A stretch of DNA of 63,997 nt, filler included, from Dimargaris cristalligena (taxonomy: Eukaryota), in NCBI GenBank assembly GCA_003614675.1. It is 12 parts of 12 records of this genome, joined end to end, with 100 filler letters (N's around TTAATTAATTAA, not from the genome) between each part and the next. Parts side by side here need not be neighbours in the genome. Positions count along the whole stretch, not along the records: positions 1 to 5,326 come from ML003648.1; positions 5,427 to 10,750 come from ML003649.1; positions 10,851 to 16,174 come from ML003650.1; 9 more parts are not named here. One strand, 5' to 3'. The translations under genes were made by a program, and so were the position numbers. The notes under the pieces were generated by a model that was given only the letters and a program-made list of their open reading frames with translations, was not told the origin of the DNA and did not search any database. Positions 1 through 11,420 of the stretch are shown here, one piece after another. Numbering within the stretch: the first letter of the stretch is position 1; every line of letters starts with the position of its first letter.

Positions 1-2549
1 TTCTAGACCCAACAATACCCGTCGGACTCTCACCAGGATGCTGCAGCTGCATGGATAGGTGTAGTAATAGAATCCGGAAAGCTAATAATGGTGGTAGTTA
101 ATTAAGCCAAGGCAGTATTCCACACCTGGAAGGACCTCAAACAGATGGCTAAAAGGCAGTTTAGTTGAGGATAATGCTTTTTCCAGGACGCTATTATCGA
201 GGACATTTCCGTATACTCTGTTACTCACAATAAACGTGCATAAAATTGGATTTCCGTTGTCTTAATTGGGGGATTGCGGCAGAGATCATTTGATGGGCGT
301 AAGGGATTTCCTTTTAACTGGAGATATCAGTGGAATGAATAGTAAGAAGTCGGCATGGACGAGAAAACTTGTGGGGATTTCAAGTGTATAAACCAAATTA
401 TAGAGCAAGTATCGGGTTCTTCAAGGATTGTAAAATCTGTGACAGGCTCCCTTGGGTGGTAATGGGCATGTGAAACTCAAGTAAATTGAATTTATCAATT
501 TGGGATAGTGGCCAACAAACGTCGGGCTATCCTTGGGGTTCTAGTAAAGCTGCTTCTTTTTATTCATACATCCGAATAGACATTGATGAATATTATAGTC
601 TGAGTCATTACTAATGCACTTGACTTTTAGCTGTTGTCAAATTGACGTCGACGAGTGAGAAGCCCAAAACTTAAGGAACAGCTCTCAATCATTTGGATGT
701 GGCTATTTATACGGTACATTCATCGGAAAAAGCAAGCATCGGCTATCAGTTATGGATTCCTAAAACGGAGCATTGATTGGGCTTTATGGCTTTTAGTAGT
801 CGAACGAAATGAAAGTAATCAAAGCATTAGGTCAAAACCTGGAGTCGATAATTCCCTTGAGTACCCTTCATGCCATGGTAAATACGTATTAGCAAGATTA
901 CGTATCCTGTATTGTTACGAAGCTATTCCAAGGTACCAGGATCCGCCGCGATGGGGTTTTTTCTTGAGTATAGTGATGATATAGCACCATTGGGAGGTGT
1001 CCAGTGAGCAACTAAGCTGGAGGCAAGCTCTGTGACCATATACCTGCGCCATGCAAGTCTAAAATTATGTATTGCCATTGTGTTTTGATGGATTGTTTCG
1101 ACTTATTATTCAAATCATGCTAACTTGCGGCGTCCGACAGCCATTGCCAAGCAGTTTACCGATTTTCTCCTAAAGCAGATTTTCAGCTGACTTTCATATA
1201 TTTTTCCTGGTTAATGAACCTGCGACCACGTTCCTATTCCCATTCTCATTCTCATTCCCATTTCCTATTTCCCATAATATACCCACATACAATATTTCAG
1301 TTACAGATCTGCTAATGACTGTCATCTTGGCCATCAACCCTGGCATTTCTATACCTTCGAATTTGCTATGTCTCTAGTGCATTATATAATATTATCGTTG
1401 GAGGTTGCTGAACTTATATCCGACCTCAATACTACCATGTCATTGGTTTTAATTTTAACAATAAAAGGCTATAGAAAAGTGGTATTGCTACATGCCTAGC
1501 CGACAAAAGTAATATCCGTTGAGTAAGAGCTTTGGGATTATTGCCGGTCACCGCGTTACAATTACACGACGCCTCCCAAAGGCACGTTACTAAAGTGGCT
1601 TCACAATGAATTTGAATTTTAGTAATTGGGTATGTTAGACCTTCGCCAGGGCTAAACAACCTTCCGAGGGCATTTGGCGCTTTTACACCTTTTCAATTAT
1701 GGCGGCCGATGGGCTGAGTTAGCCCCAGCGACCATAACTTGCCAGAACCTATTGGTGCGATTGTTTGATTAACTATGGTTCCAGTTTTAGTCGGCTGGCG
1801 CATGGGTCCAAGGCATTCAATGTGTAATCATGGGTATTGTTAATAGACTACTTCTCAGATGAGCCTATCTAGCCCAGCCACCAATGGTACAGACTAGACC
1901 ATACTCAACCAGATCATTTCAGAGAGGTTTGCAATTGACTTTCAACCACCCACGGCAGTTATAGCAATACTAAATACCAATGGGTTTATAGGCAAATATA
2001 TAATGGGTATAGATGGCAAGTGTAATGGTAGTAGAGACATACGGCATAGGTTGGGGGCAAAGTGTAATAAAGGCCCAACCTAGTCATGCAAGAAATACTA
2101 TAGGGCGACAAGGCCGAGGGCGGGGCGGATTTATCGTGCATATTTGACCGGCGGGGAAATGGTGGCAATGGGTAAACATAGGAGCTTATATTAACATTTA
2201 CGGGTCAAGAAGAAAAGAAAAAAAGTAGGAGAACCGCGGCAGTTAGGGAGGAGGATGGACATGAATAATGGTGCGAGGAAACGAAACACAGTGGCAAACA
2301 AAAAGGTAGCTTGGATTCGATGGACAATCCATACGTAATATAAAGCGTCAGAACAGAGCTATGAAGATAATTTATATCAATCAATGACATCGACGACTGA
2401 CACTTAGCACCCCTCGAGTTTGTTTATCAGATCATATTCATAAAGAGGTTCGGAATTAGAAAAGTAGCCAATGGATAAAAACACCAACGATCAAAGTACG
2501 CTATAAAAGGAACGGAAAAAGCTATAAGTGCCATTGCCTGCGCCTGGGC

Positions 2550-4249
2550 TTATTTCTTCTTGGCCGGGCGTGGTTTCACGTCCTCGTCTTTAACCGCGCT
2601 GAGCATAATTTTGGTCGGGTTACCGGCCGGTACATTTTGGTAGCCCTTGGACCAGTCATAACCAATGGCGTAGGCGAAGATTGTGCCATCTCGGTTGAAA
2701 GAAGTACAAGTGATGGAGTTGTTCTGCACCTTTTCAAATGTCTTCAGGCGCTGTTTCGAGCCCTTATCCCAGAAATGAACGTTACCGTCCGATCCGGCTG
2801 ACGAAAAAGTACCATAAGTGGGGTGGAACGAAATGTCATTAATGGCGTAGAGGTTGTGTTGATCTCTGTGGCATTTAAAGGTAAAGTTGTTCACAATATT
2901 CTTACTTTCCATGTATTGGATGCCGATCCTCCCTTCAATGGAGGCAATTGTGTAGCCCGAGCCGTCATGGAAGCACGAGACCACCCGCGTTTGAAACTTG
3001 AGAGGTGATATTGTGGTTTGGAATGGAGTCGTGGGGTTGGCAAGGTCATATATGAGCACGTGCCGCTCAGCGGTGGCGACTACCATCAATTGCTGCACCG
3101 AGTCCATGGAATAGCAGCGCTCAGGAAGATTGACGGTGGCAACTGGGGCGGGGCTACGTAAATCCCAGTACTAGAAAAATAACGATAAAGTGAGTGGAAT
3201 AATCACCAGGGTGGTTAGTGTTGGCGGAATATGGTATGCGATACCAGGTTCTGGGTGTGCATGTAGCCAAGCCGGGAAAGATTTAAGAGTCACATGTGGG
3301 CTTCGGTATATTACAAAGCATTCGTTACTAAAAACGACCGGCCTAAGCTTTTGGCTGATCAAGACTGGAAACTTACTCTTAGTGTCTTGTCCCAGCTACC
3401 GGTTAGCAGGACCCATTGGTTATTAACCTGGACATAGCGCATGGATTTGATAGGAGCGTCATGTTTGGCAATGACGCTGGATTGACCCGAACCAATATCA
3501 TACATACGCCCAGTGTTATCAGCACCGCCAGAGAATACCTTGGTACCGTCCTAATGGTATGAATGTACAAGAAATACAAAGAAAAACAGGTATTGGTTAG
3601 TATCCACCGCGCTATATAGGTAGTTGTGGTGTCGCGGTATATAATCAGGACTTGGTAAGAAAAACCACAGTAACAAACCAAAATTATCCGAAAATGGACA
3701 TAGGGATGCTAGTGAACAGGCTAAATATATTTAGAGAACTTCACCCCGTATATTATGCGTCAAAGACTTACATTACTCCAAGCTGAACACAAGACTGGGC
3801 CGTCGTGATTATACATGGCTCGCCCTAGGGCATCGCCGTTGGGCTGAACCTCATAGATGCGCACCTCATTGTTCCAAGAAGTGGCAGTGAGGAGGTTGGC
3901 CTGAGGGCTAAATGACAGCGACGAAACCGTATCACCGGGGGGTTGGGAGACCTAAAGATACGGGTCCACAATAGGACGAATGGAAGGTTCGGTATCAACA
4001 AAGTATAGATTCAATCAACAGCAAGGCCGGGTTAATTTTAGGGGGAGTGGATGGAATCATTCCTCGAAGATCTTGTGCATTGGGTGTGAGCAGTCAGTGC
4101 AAAACTACCAACTCCGCCGATCGTAATTGACGTTAATGGGGAACATTGCCATCGGACCACGGTGGTGTTCGGGATTCCCGCCGATACAGTCAACACGACG
4201 TTGTTCGTGAAAAAAAGATGCCTACCTCGAAGTCCTTGGGCAGATTCAT
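2550..4249 (-). CDS. RAE1: mRNA export factor Rae1/Gle2 (WD40); 4 exons: 4249-4226, 3951-3772, 3550-3377, 3170-2550
   Basis: Manual splicing at GT..AG sites, all phase 0, gives 332 aa: MNLPKDFE|VSQPPGDTVSSLSFSP...SWNNEVRIYE|DGTKVFSGGAD...TGSWDKTLR|YWDLRS...SIEGR...FTFKCHR...YAIGYDWSKG. These are the hallmark Rae1 motifs. Confidence 0.95.
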
Positions 4250-4945
4250 TATGGAAGATGCGTCTCACAGGGGCCAATCAATCGGCAAGCTAACCGAAAA
4301 CGCGGATAGGGCTAGTAGGAGCGAAGTGGGAACACTTTAAGCACGCAGGCCAGGGGAAATGGGAAGCCGCGATTGCAAAAAAAAAAAGGATGAATAGCGC
4401 AGTGGGTTGAAGGAGCTGGTTTAACGAATGGTAAACAAATGGATCGAAATTAGAATTCAAAGGAAGGAAATAAAAGGGATAAGCGGAAAGGGTTTGGAAT
4501 TCAGGGAATAAAGGTAAGAAATTAAGAGGAGAACCCGCGAGGGAAAATAACGATTAAACAAAGCAAAAGGATCCAATAATACTTACACTACTGTGCCTTT
4601 AGTTTTGGTGTCCTGACCACCACTTCCCACCGCCTTTTTAAAGACAACGGAGTTTAGTCGGAAGGTGGGAATCGCGCCCTTTCCACGGAATCCCATCGCC
4701 TTGACCAACTGACTGAACAGCTAACTAAGCCACCCTTGTTAAACTAGAACACGCCTAATCCATTCTTCCATCTCGAGGTCGTCCATTCGTACATCGTAGC
4801 TTTTAGCTTCCCGATAGTATGGTTGCCCTCCACAATTCCCACCGGCCCCTTTCCCAGTAGCCCATGCATCCCAAGCCAGTCATTGCCATATTGGCTATAC
4901 CCCGGACCATTTGAGGAGAAGCCCACCCCTGCCCTAAATAACCCA

Positions 4946-5326
4946 CTCCTTATACATTGTTAATGCTAAGTACCTTCAGAAAGGGGAAGAATCAGCTAAT
5001 ACATGTAACCAACCCAAACGGTCATTGCAGGCAATTCACGAGGCTCTGGGCCATGCTAATTTCGACGTAATCAAAAGTGCAATCAAATCTGGCATTATCA
5101 TCGATGCTGATCCCGAGGCATTAGACTGTCCATTAGTCTGCGAGACCTGTATTGCCAGTAAGGCACCGCGTAAACCATTCAATGGTACCATGAGGGATAC
5201 CCATGAACTGCTCAGTATCATCCATAGTGACATCGCAGGTCCATTCCCATCCACTGGTATTAGTAAAGAATACTATTTAGTGTCCTTTATTGATCACGCA
5301 AGCCGCCTAGCCCGAGTATATCTCAT
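4946..5326 (+). mobile_element. Ty1/copia retrotransposon pol fragment (GAG-pre-integrase zinc finger plus start of integrase core), cut by contig end
   Basis: HEALGH...CETC zinc-binding motif followed by LSIIHSDIAGPF...YLVSFIDHASR, the typical copia integrase N-terminus. The left boundary is approximate. Confidence 0.9.
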
Positions 5327-5426
5327 NNNNNNNNNNNNNNNNNNNNNNNNNNNNNNNNNNNNNNNNNNNNTTAATTAATTAANNNNNNNNNNNNNNNNNN
5401 NNNNNNNNNNNNNNNNNNNNNNNNNN
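5327..5426. other. Artificial contig linker N44-TTAATTAATTAA-N44; also at 10751-10850, 16175-16274, 21597-21696, 27004-27103, 32376-32475, 37772-37871, 43163-43262, 48542-48641, 53918-54017, 59290-59389
   Basis: The same 100-nt spacer, with stops in all six frames, recurs about every 5.4 kb and genes are truncated at it. Confidence 0.99.
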
Positions 5427-5491
5427 CACCTACTGTTAGAAGCCTATCCCTGAGACTCTTGATGGACTAAGAGTGGTTAACCCGGGTAACA
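5427..5491 (+). mobile_element. 3' end of LTR family A
   Basis: ...TAGAAGCCTATCCCTGAGACTCTTGATGGACTAAGAGTGGTTAACCCGGGTAACA matches 10014-10078, 32476-32534, 33166-33230 and 38289-38353. It ends in CA. Confidence 0.75.
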
Positions 5492-5634
5492 TATGGGTGA
5501 AGTTCGGCTCGACTGTATAGGGTTTTAACTGATATGTGTATGGGAAAATCAGCAGGATGATTATTTTCAACCAGTAATATTTGCCTCATCAAATGGATTT
5601 TTCGTTATACAGCCTGGTTGAACAATTCCCATAT
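5491..5634. mobile_element. MITE-like element (144 bp, about 30-bp imperfect TIRs)
   Basis: ATATGGGTGAAGTTCGGCTCGACTGTATA...TATACAGCCTGGTTGAACAATTCCCATAT; homologous along its length to 58797-58940. Confidence 0.7.
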
Positions 5635-7043
5635 CCTATATATATCCAATGTTAAGGAGGTGTGGGAATATTGCTACTCCACAAGTTTTCCAACACTCAT
5701 TTTCTTCCATTTACCCATTCTATACCCACAGTTGAGCAGTTGTATCAGTCTCTTCTCTACCAGAGGTATTTAGGATCCATTAGGTTCCCATTGTAAGTTA
5801 TAGTTTAGCTAGTCTGGCCATTTAGTATATATGTCCCAATGAATTCTCTCTGTTCAAATATCAACTTTCATCTGAGATATTTGAATGCACCCATTTCAAG
5901 CTTTCTTGGTGCAACTGATGATTCCCAACGAATTTGATTGTTTTATCATATTTTTTGTTTTCTGTTTTATTCTACACCCCTTGTATCAAGTTCTATAAAT
6001 CTTTATAAACCCCGATGGCGTAGTGATGGAAGCCAGTAAGCAACTCCAATGGACCTTCTCAACCCCGACCTACCCAAGTTCACTTCGGTCTCTGATTCCT
6101 TGACACCCTAATCCAGCATTCCCCACGTCGCTAAGCTCAAGGAACCGGCTGCAAGTGGTGTGATGTAGTACTCACAAAGTGTCAGCACAACAACTCCCAT
6201 TCCCTTAGCACTATCTCTGGCGAACTCGGTGTTAGGGATCTTCAGAATGCGGAGAATACTTGCCTTGTATTCCAAAAAAATTATTTTCCCATTGGAAATA
6301 ACATTTACAAAAACCATATTCAAAACCAAAAAATAAAGATGGATTATACCTATAATCCCCACCAGGAATAATACCCGTGAACCGCGCTAAAGTGCTGCAA
6401 AACCATTATACTGGCGCCCTCCAAGTCGGATTTCTTTCGGTTCAACAGCGAATAAGGCAGCCGCCCATCTAGCTCTATCTTCCCAATCTCCTATTTTGCC
6501 CAACTGGGTTTGATTAATTCACTTATAATTGATAAAGTCGATTATACCTGAGCTCCGACGGACGGCAGTCTATTTGGTAAATTGCTGTACAGACTCAACC
6601 ACCATGGCATCCATAGTCATCAGGCACAGCCTAGAATTGAAAACGATGCTTAGCCCACCACCCTTATATATCAGTGATACATAATTTATCGGGTATATGC
6701 CTCAATTTGATAAGTGAATCGGGCCTTGCTGCGCGCATTCATTGCGTACCATCTGAGTCGACCATGCATTGCCAGTTTGCCCAGATACGGCAGCAAGCTT
6801 ATTGTCGGCGATAGGACATATCCAGCAGACCAACGTCCCCCCCCCAAAAAAAAAAATAGTTGTTTAAAAGGCGGCCAGGTCGCCCTCTGAATTAACAACA
6901 GACAACTACGTTCTCACATTCCAACACTGGTCTTCCTCTCTATTCGAACACCAGTTTGCGTCTACTACTTCAACTGCGATATCCCTTCTTCCATTCATCC
7001 CTTCCAATCCCTCTCTTTTTCTCGCCCGCTCTCAATCCGCAAC

Positions 7044-8066
7044 ATGAAGGTCGTCGCTCTTACTTGCGCTCTCTTCGTAGCCCTTGCTGCCGCTGATGAT
7101 AGCTACGCTGGCGGTTACGGTGCAGGCAAAAAAATTGGTTGCAAAAGTGGCAAATCTGGCCACGGTGGGGGTAAGGGTGGCTACGGTGACGCTATGTACC
7201 GTCGCGACCTCTTTAGCGGTTACGGAGGAGGCCACAACAGCGGCAAATCCGATGGTGGTTACGATGGTGGTTATGACGGCGGCTATGGTGGAGGCAAGAC
7301 TGGCGGCCAGTACGGTGGTGGGTACGACGGTGGGTGCGACGGCGGCTATGATGGTGGCAAGACTGGCGGCCAGTACGACGGTGGGTACGACGACGGCTAT
7401 GATGGTGGTTACGATGGTGGTTATGACGGCGGCTATGGTGGAGGCAAGACTGGCGGCCAGTACGGTGGTGGGTACGACGGTGGGTGCGACGGCGGCTATG
7501 ATGGTGGCAAGACTGGCGGCCAGTACGACGGTGGGTACGACGACGGCTATGATGGTGGTTACGATGGTGGTTATGACGGCGGCTATGGTGGAGGCAAGAC
7601 TGGCGGCCAGTACGGTGATGGTTACGACGGTGGGTACGACGGCGGCTATGATGGTGGTTATGACGGCGGCTATGGTGGAGGCAAGACTGGCGGCCAGTAC
7701 GGGGATGGTTACGACGGCGGCTATGATGGTGGTTACGACGGTGGTTACGGTGGCGGCTATGATGGCGGAGCCATTGTTGGTTACGGCGGCCAGGGCTTTG
7801 ATGGCGGCCACAGCGGTGAGCACGATAATGGCTTTGGCGGTATCGGCGGCTTGTATGGGCCATCCGCCGAGGGTCCCGAAGCCAGTGGAGATGCCGAGGA
7901 TGGCGATGTCAGTAATGATGGTGAGCTTCGCCGCCGCAGCGAGCCGACCAAATTTGCCTCCAAGAATGACATCAACGCCAAAAAGCTCTCCGCGCAAGCC
8001 CTCAAGTTCAAGAACCAAAAGGCCCAGAAGTTCAACACCAAGGCCAAGACCTTCGCCATTAACTAA
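7044..8066 (+). CDS. Secreted Gly/Tyr/Asp-rich tandem-repeat protein (340 aa)
   Basis: Signal peptide MKVVALTCALFVALAAA, GGYD and GGKTGGQY repeats, dibasic RR sites, Lys-rich tail. There is a pyrimidine-rich leader upstream and AATAAA downstream. Confidence 0.85.
   Translation: MKVVALTCALFVALAAADDSYAGGYGAGKKIGCKSGKSGHGGGKGGYGDAMYRRDLFSGYGGGHNSGKSDGGYDGGYDGGYGGGKTGGQYGGGYDGGCDGGYDGGKTGGQYDGGYDDGYDGGYDGGYDGGYGGGKTGGQYGGGYDGGCDGGYDGGKTGGQYDGGYDDGYDGGYDGGYDGGYGGGKTGGQYGDGYDGGYDGGYDGGYDGGYGGGKTGGQYGDGYDGGYDGGYDGGYGGGYDGGAIVGYGGQGFDGGHSGEHDNGFGGIGGLYGPSAEGPEASGDAEDGDVSNDGELRRRSEPTKFASKNDINAKKLSAQALKFKNQKAQKFNTKAKTFAIN
7251..7770 (+). repeat. Coding tandem repeat: 12-nt GGYD units inside a 150-nt (50-aa) higher-order repeat
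   Basis: The sequence at 7321 recurs exactly at 7471 (150-nt period). Shorter degenerate units follow. Confidence 0.9.
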
Positions 8067-8977
8067 GCCCGTCCCCTGTCTAGGGAGGGTGTCCACCAAA
8101 TTGCACCCTAGGTTGAACCCCTCCCCTCTATTGGACTGATTTGCGTGTGTTTGGTTTTCTCAGAGACCGGTGTTGTGACTGAACAACCTACTTCTGGCAC
8201 TATTTCCTATTTATTGCAGCTTATCCGGGAATTTTGCGAATCGCTTGTCGCATCCATATTTTTCTCAGGAATTTAAATAAACAACTCGATTGACAGTATA
8301 CTCTCATAGCTAGCATTTATGATAACCAGTCGCGGTTTCTTAAGGGACTATATTACATGGGCATGCCGGACTAGATGGGGGGTTTGGTCCGATTCGGCAT
8401 GAACCCACCAATTCTCGCCAAAGAACACGGGTTCGCAATAGTTCACGAACCGGGTGCGTCCTATCCTGTATGAACCAAGCGCTGTTTTTTTATTGGAAAG
8501 TCTTTTTCAGTTGGCGCTATGGGCGTTAAAGCCATGCTCACCCCGATTCCATCGTACTCGTTTTTCTAACAATAGGATCTGGAGGCCATGCCATCCGGTG
8601 GGTTCACAGTAATGAAAAAATCTTTCTATAGTCCATCAAAGGGGATGTGAGGCCAGGTGAAGAAGTCCGAACAGGCATATTCCATCCCCCCTTCCTCCTT
8701 GAACCAACCATGACACCAGGTGTATAGGTCACGTAGGGCCAATCTCTAACTTAAGCAAGGCTGGTATAACCATTGCATACTGTGAATAACAGGACGCAGC
8801 ACTTATGCAACTTAGGAGTGGAGCCTGGGGCTTCACAATTGAACACTATCCAGGACATGTCTCACATAAGGGCTGGTAGTCCACTATTAAACCCATTGCT
8901 AGTAGCAAGATGCCTATGCCTAGTCAAGTAGAGTAACTGATTATTATTGACACACAGTTTGTTCTATTGTCTAAGTT

Positions 8978-10078
8978 TATTGGACTGTCTAATCTATCTT
9001 AATCCTATGGGTATAGATATCCAACCATATTAGGCTATATCATGCTATATTAAGCCTTCCCATGGCACACCCTGTACCATGGGATTACCCTTGAGGTGCC
9101 TAAATTAGATGAAACAGGGTGAAAGGCTAATTAGTACCTGAAGCCAAGGTGATAAAAAGGGACTTTTTGCTAAGTACAAGGAAAAATGAGAACAGAGAGT
9201 AAACTGAGTAGTAGCTAATAGTCACCTGAAGCCAAGGTGGTATTAGTGTTCTACAAGGGGGTCAAATGAGTCAGATAACAATGTCTAGGAAATAAGGTGC
9301 CAAAGTTGTCTGGCCTTCCAAGAGGGGCAGACAAGGGTTTATTTATATTCAATGGTTAAGTGGGAAACAAAAGGAAAACAGCAGGGAAAATGGTCCATTA
9401 GTTATCAGCAAGATGACTCAAGCATAAGATGGAAATATGGACCAATTGGGCTTAACCAAGTCATGGGAAAGGCTTGGCAAAGAGAAGGGAAAGGAAGAAA
9501 ATTGGAAAAGGGGAATCCCACCAGTGTGATGAGCACTGGGAATCATGGGACTAACATAGAAAGGAAGGGAAAGAGGGGACAAGTGTAATAAGGTGGGGCA
9601 CCACACCCTTATTATATAACCTTTCCTGACTAGGCCTTACCTCTTCATACTAATTACTTAAGTACTGATCCAAAGACTCTTTCAGTTACCATCTGAGTCT
9701 TCCAGATACTTGTGACTATCCAGTTAGCCTATTTATCTATACCTTCATTTAGTAATATCTTTCCCTTAGGACCTCCCTCTGGAATTATCCCTGCATATAT
9801 ATAACTAAGCCCCATTAAGACCAGTTAGTTTTCTTTAGCTTATTCTTACCCCTATATTTACCCCAATAAACTCTATTAACACTCACCCCTTTTGTACTAA
9901 CCAGTAAGTGTGCCCACTGTATATCCTTTGCATATCTTATCACTTGGCCTTTATTTAGTTAGTACAGTACCCCATACCTAATGCTAGTAGCCCACTTGGC
10001 TAAGTCTAAGCCCCACTTACTATTAGAAGCCTATCCTCGGAACTCTTGATGGACTAAGAGTGGTTAACCCAGGTAATA
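8978..10078 (+). mobile_element. Near full-length LTR of family A (about 580 bp), interrupted by a nested insertion at 9092-9605
   Basis: 8978-9091 plus 9606-9760 aligns contiguously with the reverse complement of 48712-48976. The 3' end matches the other family A ends. Inferred ancestral termini are TGTCG...CGACA. Confidence 0.75.
9092..9605. mobile_element. Nested solo-LTR-like element (514 bp) with 4-bp target-site duplication
   Basis: Termini TGAGGTGCC...GGCACCACA (TG..CA, 8/9 inverted match), flanked by CCCT at 9088-9091 and 9606-9609. The empty site is visible in the copy near 48860-48875. Confidence 0.8.
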
Positions 10079-10652
10079 ATCTGGAAAAATATTGCCCCAT
10101 TTTATGATTACCATTATACTTGGCCTTTGGTCTACCAAGTGCCTATACTATACTTCCAATAAGGGAGGTAAGTAGTTCATATTGACTGGTAGTGTTGCAC
10201 ATAGGCCTAGAGGTATCCAGCATTATCATTATAACTAAGTTGGGAATTACAGGTATATATGATTGCTAACTGTGATTTTATTAAAGGCCAAGTTTGGGAT
10301 AATGCATATTATTTTGTATAGTCAAACTGGGGTCTATTTGGGAGGCCAATTGAGCTAGTAACTATTTGTTACCTGTGTGATGGTGCATTTTTGCCATTGA
10401 GATTAAGGGACTTTTCGGATTCTGGATGTTTAGCCCAGCTCAGTGGGGCCAGGTGATGGGCTAAAGAGGTACATCTCTTGGGTATCTCCATATTAGAAGA
10501 AGTAATGCACCCATACAGTGGTGATGGGAGGGGGCTAATCTACCCCAGCCCACTCACGAAAAGCTACCATCACTAATGGACATAGTGTAGCTACTTTCCT
10601 CTTGACTTTCTCCTTTGGATATGACTGAAAATGAAGCTAGTGATATAGGGTT

Positions 10653-10750
10653 TGTAAAGAACTGAACTCAAATCCTTGAAAACTGAACTTTATTCAAAAA
10701 GATAGGTGATAAAAAGGGAAAGGTGATGATAAACTTGCTGTTCCAAGAGG
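10653..10750. mobile_element. Terminus of repeat/LTR family B
   Basis: TGTAAAGAACTGAACTCAAATCCTTGAAAACTGAACTTTATT... is the reverse complement of 48642-48711. Both copies sit at contig ends. Confidence 0.65.
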
Positions 10751-10850
10751 NNNNNNNNNNNNNNNNNNNNNNNNNNNNNNNNNNNNNNNNNNNNTTAATT
10801 AATTAANNNNNNNNNNNNNNNNNNNNNNNNNNNNNNNNNNNNNNNNNNNN

Positions 10851-11420
10851 GAGAAGACCCGCGAGGCCCTGGATGAAGAGGGCTGGGTGAGCAGCGGGGA
10901 CATTGGCCTCCTCCTGGATGACGGGTCCATTAAGATTATTGACCGCAAAAAGAATATTTTCAAGCTAGCCCAGGGTGAGTACATTGCCCCCGAGAAAATT
11001 GAGAATGTGTACGCCCAGCACAATCTGGTGCAGCAGGCCTATGTGCACGGGGACTCGTTGCAATCCCAGCTGGTGGCCGTGGTGGTCCCTGACCCAGAAA
11101 CTTTTATTCCCTGGGCCGGGCAGCAAATCGGCGCCAAAGTGACACTGGCCTCCCTGGCCAATCTGGCCCAGGATCCGCGAGTGGTGCAAAAACTACTGGA
11201 CGATCTCACCAAGGCCGGCAAACGGGCCGGGCTACATGGATTCGAGCTGTGCAAGGCCATCCACCTTGAGGTGGATCCATTCTCCATTGAAAATAACCTG
11301 CTCACCCCAACCCTCAAGCTGAAACGCCAGGACGCCCAAAAGAAGTACACTGAGCAGATTGCCACCATGTACACTCGTCTGAACCAGGCCGTGGCCAATG
11401 CCCCAGTGGCCAAGCTTTAA
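10851..11420 (+). CDS. Long-chain fatty acyl-CoA synthetase, C-terminal part (5' truncated), ending in PTS1 -AKL
   Basis: EEGW..SGDIG...IIDRKKNIFKLAQGEYIAPEKIENVY and NNLLTPTLKLKR are ACSL/FAA signature motifs. Confidence 0.93.
   Translation, partial: EKTREALDEEGWVSSGDIGLLLDDGSIKIIDRKKNIFKLAQGEYIAPEKIENVYAQHNLVQQAYVHGDSLQSQLVAVVVPDPETFIPWAGQQIGAKVTLASLANLAQDPRVVQKLLDDLTKAGKRAGLHGFELCKAIHLEVDPFSIENNLLTPTLKLKRQDAQKKYTEQIATMYTRLNQAVANAPVAKL

Noticed and set aside
4542..4555. GGAAAATAACGATT resembling U12 snRNA
   Set aside because: The flanking U12 5' sequence and downstream stems are absent; a chance match in a purine-rich tract.
7032..8139. Overlapping long ORFs (7032-8099 -, 7084-8139 +, 7213-7863 -) as extra genes
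   Set aside because: These are shadow frames of a stop-poor tandem repeat. Only 7044-8066 has an ATG in good context and a signal peptide.
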